Source: a virus
Virus record (IMG/VR): IMGVR_UViG_3300010397_000043
Span: 23,529 to 87,528 of that record
Strand: one strand, 5' to 3'
DNA: 64,000 nt
Shown here: positions 56,807 to 64,000 of the stretch, piece by piece
Layout of the letters: each line of letters opens with the position of its first letter
How positions within the stretch are numbered: position 1 is the first letter of the stretch
Program-made: the position numbers and the translations under genes
Notes under the pieces: model-generated
Seen by the model: only the letters and a program-made list of their open reading frames with translations
Database searches by the model: none
Told to the model about the DNA's origin: nothing

Positions 56807-57739
56807 ATGGCACCCACCCACGTTGATCATGCCGTGCGGCAAATGACCATCGGCAACACCGCCGTTCTGCGCAACCCGGCGCTGGACCCCATCGACGACA
56901 AGCAACTCAAGGCCTTCGCCCCGACGATCTTCGCGAAGGGCGGCATTCCCGGGGTCAGCGAGAAGTACGGCTTCGTGAACACGAAGCTGGTCATCGATGC
57001 GATGCGCGATTCGGGCTTCGAGGTTGTGGAAGTTCGCCAGTCGAGCAAGCGTGGCGAAGACGCCGCCGAGCGGATGAAGTTCACGAAGCACATGATCAAG
57101 TTCCGGCAGGCCGGCAAGCTCAAGAAGGTCGGCGACGTGGTGCAGCAGATCGTCATGCTCAACTCGCACGACAGGTCGAGTGGCTTCCAGTTGTATGGCG
57201 CGCTCTTCCGGCTGCTCTGCGAGAACGGTCTTCTGGTCAGCGAGTCCGAACTGGTCGAGCCCATTCGCGTGCCCCACACCATTCGGCTGGCGGCGGACGT
57301 GATCGAGCGGTCGAAAGAACTTGTTCGCGGGGCCGACGGTGTGTTCCGGCTGCGTGACGAGATGCTGGGCATCGAACTCTCGCCCCGCCAGCAAACGGCG
57401 TTCGCCACGCACGCGCTGGAGTTCCGCCCGCCGCGTCGCTCCGGCATTCTCGAGCCGGCCCAACTGCTCGAACCGCGTCGCCCGCAGGACGACAAGCCCG
57501 ATCTGTGGCACGTGTTCAACCGCGTGCAGGAAAACATGCTGCGCGGTGGCAACAGCACGGTCACTGCCGAGGGCCGCACGGTACAGACCCGGGGCATCGG
57601 GCGAATCGAGCGCGACGTGGAGGTCAACACGCGCCTGTGGTCGCTGGCCGTGCAGACCATCGCCAAGGCTGCGAAGTCGAGCAAGGCGGCGGTCAAGGCC
57701 AAGAAGCCCAACACGGTCGATTCCCTGCTCGATGCGTAA
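56807..57739 (+). CDS. DUF932/DUF945 family protein
   Basis: SEKYGFVNT, NSHDRSSGFQLYGALFRLLCENG, LWHVFNRVQENMLRGG, NTRLW. Confidence 0.88.
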   Translation: MAPTHVDHAVRQMTIGNTAVLRNPALDPIDDKQLKAFAPTIFAKGGIPGVSEKYGFVNTKLVIDAMRDSGFEVVEVRQSSKRGEDAAERMKFTKHMIKFRQAGKLKKVGDVVQQIVMLNSHDRSSGFQLYGALFRLLCENGLLVSESELVEPIRVPHTIRLAADVIERSKELVRGADGVFRLRDEMLGIELSPRQQTAFATHALEFRPPRRSGILEPAQLLEPRRPQDDKPDLWHVFNRVQENMLRGGNSTVTAEGRTVQTRGIGRIERDVEVNTRLWSLAVQTIAKAAKSSKAAVKAKKPNTVDSLLDA

Positions 57740-57966
57740 GGGTGCGCCATGGCCCGTGCGTTCCTTAGCCTGTGGTTGCTAATCTTGGCGACCAACTGGG
57801 CAACCCTGCCCCAGCCCGGCCTCTTTACCTTGGGGATGGCTGGGGTGTTCTATGTGTTCTCGCTGGTGGCTTGGTTAGCGCCAGACCAAAAGCCTGAAGA
57901 GGAGTAACCATGCCGTGTTACGAATCGCCCGAAGAACGCAATGCCTATGGAAAAAGGAGAACTGAA

Positions 57967-58332
57967 ATGCCCTGCTATGACTACGAGCACGAAGGCACGC
58001 GCCAAGCCGAGTCACGAGCACTAGCCTTGCAAGACCGGCTGGTCGAACGCACGGCGATGCTGTGTGCGGCGATGACCGCTGCCGAAGACGTGCTGCGTGA
58101 ATTCGGCGGCAAGCCGTTGAGCGCGAAGGCACTCGCGACAAAGATCGTCGGGTACTCCCCTGACTGCGGTGTAGACCCGGCGGACCTCGCCCGCTGGTGG
58201 AAGGCGCACAAGAAAGCTGACCAAGAACGTCGCGAACGTGAAGAGGCCGAGCACGAGATTGCGGAGGCCCGCAAGACCGCACTCGGCAAGCTATCGAAGG
58301 CGGAGCGAAAGCTCCTCGGCGTTAAGGAGTAG
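57967..58332 (+). CDS. Hypothetical protein (paralog of 27659-27997)
   Basis: MPCYD...MLCAAM...WWKAHKKADQERRERE; alternative in-frame start at 57910. Confidence 0.75.
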   Translation: MPCYDYEHEGTRQAESRALALQDRLVERTAMLCAAMTAAEDVLREFGGKPLSAKALATKIVGYSPDCGVDPADLARWWKAHKKADQERREREEAEHEIAEARKTALGKLSKAERKLLGVKE

Positions 58333-58335
58333 CCA

Positions 58336-58563
58336 ATGAACAAGCAAGGGCGAGCCATCGTCGGCGAGGCCAAGGCGCTGATTGAAGAGGCCAAGGCCCT
58401 ATTGGAACCACTGGCTGAAGAAGAGCGCGAAAAGTTCGACAACATGCCGGAGGGCTTGCAAGGCAGTGAACGTGGGGGCCAGCTGGAAGAAGCCGCCGAC
58501 GCGCTCGAAAACGCTGTGAGCGGGCTCGACGACGTTATCAGCGAACTGGAAAACATTCAGTAA
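58336..58563 (+). CDS. Hypothetical helical protein
   Basis: AAGGAG RBS; EEREKFDNMPEGLQGSERG. Confidence 0.75.
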   Translation: MNKQGRAIVGEAKALIEEAKALLEPLAEEEREKFDNMPEGLQGSERGGQLEEAADALENAVSGLDDVISELENIQ

Positions 58564-58572
58564 GGAGTAAGC

Positions 58573-59460
58573 ATGTCACGTTCATTCAAGAAGTGGTCCC
58601 CAGCCGAATGGGATCAAGTGGTCGCCAACGGTGCCCGCCTGTACGTCGAGGGCAAGGCCACAAGTCAAACCGAAGCCCTGCGCATGGCAGATTCGGTGCT
58701 ACCGGCTGATCGCCGCCGTGACGAAGCCAAACTGCGCGAGGCCTACCCGTCGAACTACTCTGAGTGGGTCAAGCGGTGGGACCTCGCCTTGGAGTCGGCC
58801 CGGCAAGCACACGCCGAAAGGGTGCATGAGATTGCAGTGCAGAACACCCAGACGCTGGTCGCGGTCGCCCAGCACGCCGCGAAGCCGGTGGCACATGACT
58901 TCGGCGCAGACAGCGACATGACCGGCGTCGCGCCCGTCCGCGAGCCGGCCTTCGACGACTTGGCGAGTGAGCCGCTGGTCGATGACGCCTACCTGCCCCC
59001 GCGCTCGCCGGTCGAGACGCTAGCGGTCGCGCTGGGCGAGGTGATCGGTGCGCTGGTGCTCGACGCGCTGCAGCACCCGCTACTGGAACGCACGCTGCAG
59101 GAGAAGATGCAGCCCATCATGCCCAACTACCGCCCCCGAATGCCGCGCAGTGAGCGCGTGCGCAAGCCGCGCATACTCATCATCGGCCTGCTCGGTTCGC
59201 AGCGCGAGATCATCGACAAGGAGTTTGGCGACCGCTTCGATATCCGCCACAAGTTCCAGGACGACTCGCTCGGCCAGATCGAGGAGCACGCCAAGACCTG
59301 TGAGGCGACATTCGCGATGGTTGGCAAGTCGGGCCACGATATCGAATCGATAAAGAAGTACAGCCCGCACTACCAGCGTGTCAACGGCATGATCGGTGAG
59401 CTTCGCCGCGTGCTGAATATGTACTTCTTGGTCAAGCACAGCCAAGGAGTTACGCCATGA
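58573..59460 (+). CDS. Hypothetical protein with C-terminal alpha/beta domain
   Basis: AAGGAG RBS; RILIIGLL...MVGKSGH. Confidence 0.75.
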   Translation: MSRSFKKWSPAEWDQVVANGARLYVEGKATSQTEALRMADSVLPADRRRDEAKLREAYPSNYSEWVKRWDLALESARQAHAERVHEIAVQNTQTLVAVAQHAAKPVAHDFGADSDMTGVAPVREPAFDDLASEPLVDDAYLPPRSPVETLAVALGEVIGALVLDALQHPLLERTLQEKMQPIMPNYRPRMPRSERVRKPRILIIGLLGSQREIIDKEFGDRFDIRHKFQDDSLGQIEEHAKTCEATFAMVGKSGHDIESIKKYSPHYQRVNGMIGELRRVLNMYFLVKHSQGVTP

Positions 59461-59649
59461 CCTCGCCCGAAGAAGCCCAGTACATCGACACGCTCGCAAA
59501 GCGCATCGAGTTTTTGGAAAAGAACCTCGCGAAGCTGGAAAAGAACTTCAATAGTCTTTTCGGCGTCGTGAAGCTGTTGTCGAAGCAGAACGAAAATACG
59601 ACCGGCATTCTGGTCACAATGACTGGCATGCTGACCAAGGAGTGACGTC

Positions 59650-60120
59650 ATGAAGTCCCTGCTAGTCCTGGCTGCTGTACTCGCCGGGTGTTCGACCACG
59701 CCACTAACAACGAGCGAGGTGATCGGCAAGACGGAAATCCAGCATGACCCTGCTACTTCGGTAACGAGCTACACAGGGCCGGCCTGTGATGGGGTGGTAC
59801 TGCGGGCATGGAAGTCTGAGGGCAGAGATGTTTCGTACATGCTCTTAGTTACCACGAGTAGTTCCAGCCCTGTTTCGTACACCCGAGCGACAGACCACGA
59901 TGGCGTGGACCTGCCAATCGAGTACACGAACGTGAACGTGGACTGCAGTAGCTCGACATGCAAGTACACCGAGCAGATCGGGCTGGGGGTGAGTCGGCAG
60001 TACCTGGAAAACAGTACGCGCTTCGGTGTGAACTTTCGCCTGTACGGCGGGGGCCACGACGAACTGTTCTATTTCCTAGGCGACTACGTGACTGGCATGC
60101 TGAAAGCAACCAAGGAGTAA
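59650..60120 (+). CDS. Putative lipoprotein
   Basis: MKSLLVLAAVLAGC lipobox. Confidence 0.75.
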   Translation: MKSLLVLAAVLAGCSTTPLTTSEVIGKTEIQHDPATSVTSYTGPACDGVVLRAWKSEGRDVSYMLLVTTSSSSPVSYTRATDHDGVDLPIEYTNVNVDCSSSTCKYTEQIGLGVSRQYLENSTRFGVNFRLYGGGHDELFYFLGDYVTGMLKATKE

Positions 60121-60124
60121 CACC

Positions 60125-60403
60125 ATGGCTAAGACAATCTGGAAGTACCCGCTGGTGGCCAAAGATAGGCAAACCCTCGGTATACCGGCAAACGCGAAAC
60201 TGCTGACCGTGCAGGTTCAAGAACCAGAGTTCGGAGGGATGCCGAGCCCCATGCTCTGGGCGCTCGTAGACACGGACGAGCACACGGAACCGGTGGAACT
60301 CGCGATCTACGGCACTGGCTTCAATTTGCCTGATGACCCCGGCCAGTACATCGCAACGTACCAGATGGGCCCGTTCGTTTGGCATGTGTTCCACGTAGCA
60401 TAA
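60125..60403 (+). CDS. Conserved phage protein (IWKYPL...GTG...YIATYQ...VWHVF)
   Basis: AAGGAG RBS; motif typical of small phage proteins. Confidence 0.75.
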   Translation: MAKTIWKYPLVAKDRQTLGIPANAKLLTVQVQEPEFGGMPSPMLWALVDTDEHTEPVELAIYGTGFNLPDDPGQYIATYQMGPFVWHVFHVA

Positions 60404-60961
60404 GGAGTAACACCATGGTTGCACCCGGCCACATTGACATGCTCGAAAGGCGCATCGCGACACTGGAGAGGGACCTCGGTCGCCTTCTGAGCATCGTGGA
60501 ACTACTGGCTATGCAAGTCCAGAAGATCGTCGCGCCACTAAAGCCGAAGGAGGACGAGCCGAAGGAAAGGGAGCCGGAGGACGGGTAGTAACACCTAGTT
60601 GCACTCGGGCCGTCATAGGAGTATGCTGACATACGCCGACCGAAAGGGGGAGCGTATGTCATGCCGAACGAAAGTGAAGTTCACACATAGCGGGTGGTAC
60701 GGACTGTGCCCGATTCTCATTGGCGACGTTAGTTCAGCGAGCCCAGCCGTACTGGAACGCTACCCCTTCACCATGTGGCTACTCGACATCTCGGAAATGG
60801 TGTTCTGCATGATGGAGTTCGTGCTGTCGCTTACCGACCCCGACCACGCCCCGCTGGCGACCATTACCATCACGAGCGAGTTGAAGACCCCGATCACGAT
60901 GCAGTTCGAGTACGACGAGGAGGACGAGCTTACCCGTTGAGCTTACTGCGCCCCACACCCC

Positions 60962-61010
60962 AAGGCCCCGTTACCAGTGGTAATCTACTGTGTAACGGGG
61001 CCTTTGCTTT
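60962..61010 (+). terminator. Terminator-like hairpin containing palindrome copy 11 (60970-60984)
   Basis: AAGGCCCCGTTAC...GTAACGGGGCCTT-TGCTTT with GTTACCAGTGGTAAT overlapping the 5' arm. Confidence 0.7.
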
Positions 61011-61044
61011 CCATTACGCCTGTTGTAAAATAGGGGTGTAACCC

Positions 61045-61359
61045 GTGGAGGCATCTATGCAAGTAGGGGTGTATCTCAACCAACACCGTAATACGGCGAT
61101 AGTCGTTAAGGTGGCGGGCCAGAAGTGCGCGTACCTGACCATCATGTCGGGCCGCATCACGGTCGAGCGTTCGGGCACCGAGCGTTTCGAGACCGACTGG
61201 CCGATTCACCTGTCTGACTACGACGTGATGGCAGCGATCAAGAAGTACAGCAAGAGCGGGCTGTACGCCAGCGATGAGGCAGTCGAACTCATCAAGCAAA
61301 TCTACGCCGCCCAAAAGGCCCGCAAGGCGGCGACAACCACGAAGCCAAGGAGCAAGTAA
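61045..61359 (+). CDS. Hypothetical protein
   Basis: Downstream of TTGCTT...TAAAAT; GGAGG RBS before MQVGVY. Confidence 0.7.
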   Translation: MEASMQVGVYLNQHRNTAIVVKVAGQKCAYLTIMSGRITVERSGTERFETDWPIHLSDYDVMAAIKKYSKSGLYASDEAVELIKQIYAAQKARKAATTTKPRSK

Positions 61360-61498
61360 TCATGAGCGCAAAGCAACAGGCCGACAAGCAAGTCCCCGGC
61401 TACCCCTGGACCGCCCGCCAAAAGCGCCAGCAGAAAAGCCGGCGGCTCGGACGCAAGCAAGCCCGCAAGGCCCTTCGCAACATCGGGAGGAAGTAATC

Positions 61499-61966
61499 AT
61501 GCCCACCAACCAGCAAGTCTTCGACGCCGCGCTCTGGGGCATTCGCATGCAGGGGTACAAGCGGAGTTTGCGTTCGCGCAAGTCATATAACTTCAGCGGT
61601 GGTGATGGCACCCACTGCGCGTACCGCGGCGACAACGGGCTGAAGTGCGGGGTCGGCCATGCCGTGCCCGATGAGCTTTACCTGCTTGGCGATGGCCTGA
61701 CCATGGACACTGTCGCGTCCATTAAGGGTGCGGGTACTGAAACCGCCATCGGCTCGCTGCTGGATCGGTTCCCGAAGATCGCCGAATACTTCAAAGGCGT
61801 TTCGAGTTCACTACTCATCGACCTGCAAAGCGCACACGACTCGGACTTGGCGAACGGCCCCGACGCCTGGGAAGAGCAGATGCGCTACCTCGCCGGCGAG
61901 TACGGCCTCAACTACATCCCGCCGGCGGAAATGCCGACACAACTCGACCAAGGAGCACAAACGTGA
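61499..61966 (+). CDS. Conserved phage protein (CAYRG..GLKCGVG...LQSAHD)
   Basis: GGAGG RBS; Cys/His motifs. Confidence 0.75.
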   Translation: MPTNQQVFDAALWGIRMQGYKRSLRSRKSYNFSGGDGTHCAYRGDNGLKCGVGHAVPDELYLLGDGLTMDTVASIKGAGTETAIGSLLDRFPKIAEYFKGVSSSLLIDLQSAHDSDLANGPDAWEEQMRYLAGEYGLNYIPPAEMPTQLDQGAQT

Positions 61967-62544
61967 ACATTACCCCCGCAGCCATCATCGCTCTTGCGCA
62001 GGGCGACCTTGAGAACTTCGTCGCGGCCAGCACGCCCGGCGGCATCGAAGCGCAGGAATCCGCCGGCCAGCAAAAGCTCATCGAGCAGTGCCAGTTGCCG
62101 GTCGAAGTACACGGCGGCGGCTTGTCGCTCACGGCCCTGGCGACCCACTGGCCCGGCTTTGCCGTCGCGCCCGAGGACAGTGGCGACATCCTGCAGCCGG
62201 TCACGCTGCCGCCCGGCTGGCAACTGCGCGCCACCAGCCACAGCATGTGGTCCGACTTGCTCGACGACCAGAACCGGGTGCGAGCGCGTGTGTTCTACAA
62301 AGCTGCCTTCTACGACCGCAGGGCCTCGATGGACATCGTGCCCCGGTACAACGTCGAAGTGGACTATGCCGAGGACCCCGTCCAGTACTCCGTGCTTGAC
62401 TGCGCGACCGGCGAACACCTCTACGTCGAGCCGAAGTGCGGGTGCGTGGACTGGGACGCCCGCGAGGCCGCGAACAAACGGTGCGATGAGTACCTGCTCA
62501 AGCACTACCCCGACCACCGCGACCCGTTCGCTTACTGGAACTAA
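61963..62544 (+). CDS. Conserved phage protein
   Basis: GGIEAQE..GQ, LPPGW..HSMWS..FYKAAFYDR. Confidence 0.8.
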   Translation: MNITPAAIIALAQGDLENFVAASTPGGIEAQESAGQQKLIEQCQLPVEVHGGGLSLTALATHWPGFAVAPEDSGDILQPVTLPPGWQLRATSHSMWSDLLDDQNRVRARVFYKAAFYDRRASMDIVPRYNVEVDYAEDPVQYSVLDCATGEHLYVEPKCGCVDWDAREAANKRCDEYLLKHYPDHRDPFAYWN

Positions 62545-62555
62545 GGAGCACAACC

Positions 62556-63542
62556 ATGAAGCACCTGCGATTCGACGACCCGATCCCCTTCAAGCTGGGC
62601 GCGCTCGCGCACTCGGCACAGCCGGCCAACGATTCCGCGGCCATCGCCGCAGCCGAGAAGCGTAGGGCGATCCTGCGATTCGAGCGTGAGAGCTACGACA
62701 TCATCGGGACGGAAAACCTCCCCAAGCCGAAGAAGCAGAAGGCCAACCTTAGCGGTGACCTCGCCTACGGCGGCGGCGAAAACTCCGCGACTTGCAAGCT
62801 GGAAACCGGCGATGTTGTTGCAGTCACGTTCGGAAACTGCTCGCGATTCGGCGAGCACGGCGTCGTCTCAGTGGTGCCTTACGAGTTCAACGAGGCACGC
62901 ATTCTTTACACGGTGGTCTTCGACAACGGCGACATGACGTTCAGCGAGCGTTCGAGCCTGCGACTCGTGCAGCGCGCGGCGAAGCCCGAAAACAAGATGA
63001 CCTGCGAGCTGAAGATCGGCGACACCGTGCGTGTGGTCTACCCGCACAGCAAGTTCTACGGCAAGACCGGTATTCTCGTACCGCGCTTCGACGGCAACAA
63101 GGACAAATGGCAAGTCGCCTTCTCCGAGAAAGCCGGTGCCTTCGACACCTTCGGCATGCGGTCCAGCCTCGAACTGGTCGAGCGCAAGGTCAATGGGTTC
63201 AAGCCCTCGCAGTTCGCCGACAACACCCGGCCGAAGGAGATTGTAATACTGCATGACGGCGATGCAGTCTGCATCCGAGCCGAAGGCAATGTCTACAATG
63301 GTCTCCGTGGCCGGGTCGAGACCACGGGCGGGTCTTGGTTCAAGGTGTGGTTGCCCGGGATTGCGTTACCCATCGCTGTGTCGAATCGCAACGACTTGGA
63401 GTTCCTGGAAAAGACCGACGGCACCCCGGGCCCGTGGTCCAAGACCACCGCGAACAGGGCGCCCGTGATGATGTCCGCCGACACCACCGGCAAGACGAAC
63501 GCCGGCGACACCTCATATTTCTCCAACCGGTATATGAAGTAA
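62556..63542 (+). CDS. Protein with three KOW/SH3-like repeats
   Basis: Repeated L..GD.V.V......G..G.V...RSSL units. Confidence 0.7.
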   Translation: MKHLRFDDPIPFKLGALAHSAQPANDSAAIAAAEKRRAILRFERESYDIIGTENLPKPKKQKANLSGDLAYGGGENSATCKLETGDVVAVTFGNCSRFGEHGVVSVVPYEFNEARILYTVVFDNGDMTFSERSSLRLVQRAAKPENKMTCELKIGDTVRVVYPHSKFYGKTGILVPRFDGNKDKWQVAFSEKAGAFDTFGMRSSLELVERKVNGFKPSQFADNTRPKEIVILHDGDAVCIRAEGNVYNGLRGRVETTGGSWFKVWLPGIALPIAVSNRNDLEFLEKTDGTPGPWSKTTANRAPVMMSADTTGKTNAGDTSYFSNRYMK

Positions 63543-63546
63543 CGCC

Positions 63547-63921
63547 ATGGCCCGCGAGCGCCGCTCGGGGGGTGCGTCGTCGCAATGGCGGCGCACACCC
63601 ACAAGCCGCACGATGCCCGCTAAGGCTGTCGAGGCCATCGGCAGGCGTCGTCGCCAAATGCTCGTGCATTGCGCGATCTACTACGAATTCAACGAAAGCG
63701 TTATCGACGATCACACATGGCAAAAGTGGGCCGACCAACTGGCGAAGCTGCAAGTGAAGTTCGGCCACAAGGTCGGCTTCTACGACGAGGCCTTCGCCGA
63801 CTGGGATGGCTCGACCGGCTATCACCTGCCGTACCGCGAGCGCGAAGTCATGGACGTTGCCAAGCGGGTACTGCGAATTCACAACCAGCATGCCAGCGAG
63901 GCACAGGAGATATTGCGATGA
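63547..63921 (+). CDS. Stand-alone protein resembling the NAD-dependent DNA ligase N-terminal (Ia) subdomain
   Basis: RRQMLVHCAIYYEFNESVIDDHTWQKWADQL. Confidence 0.6.
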   Translation: MARERRSGGASSQWRRTPTSRTMPAKAVEAIGRRRRQMLVHCAIYYEFNESVIDDHTWQKWADQLAKLQVKFGHKVGFYDEAFADWDGSTGYHLPYREREVMDVAKRVLRIHNQHASEAQEILR

Positions 63922-64000
63922 TTGAAACGTGGATTGCCAAGCACACCCGCCATGAGGCGCGCTTGCAGGAAATCGAGGCCCAGTTGACTAAGTGCCAGGA

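Overview
GC-rich tailed dsDNA phage with an HK97-type head, probably a virulent siphovirus of a proteobacterium; no integrase or repressor is seen in the window. Layout: (i) 1-7.9 kb, minus-strand head/packaging module (HNH, TerS, TerL, DUF6527-like, prohead protease, major capsid, portal, coiled-coil protein). (ii) A likely cos region near 8.15 kb, followed by a 2-kb island almost free of TCA/TCC/TCT on both strands and flanked by TGCAGAAA-type repeats. (iii) A minus-strand block of small early genes and a primase-polymerase/helicase with an adjacent long hairpin. (iv) A tandem array of 8 paralogous CGTxACxxGWAC genes. (v) A replication module: ParB-like protein, DUF2800 nuclease, DUF2815 SSB, PolA with a LAGLIDADG intein, VRR-NUC, SNF2 helicase. 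(vi) A thymine hypermodification set: dUMP hydroxymethylase, 5hmdU DNA kinase, amino acid:DNA transferase, P-loop kinase, HD nucleotidase, DUF3310. (vii) Three tRNA loci: tRNA-Trp(CCA), an opal-reading tRNA(UCA), and a tRNA body carrying a 115-nt structured insert in its D-loop. A 15-bp palindrome, ATTACC-N3-GGTAAT, recurs 11 times between genes. All family assignments come from motif recognition by eye, not database searches.
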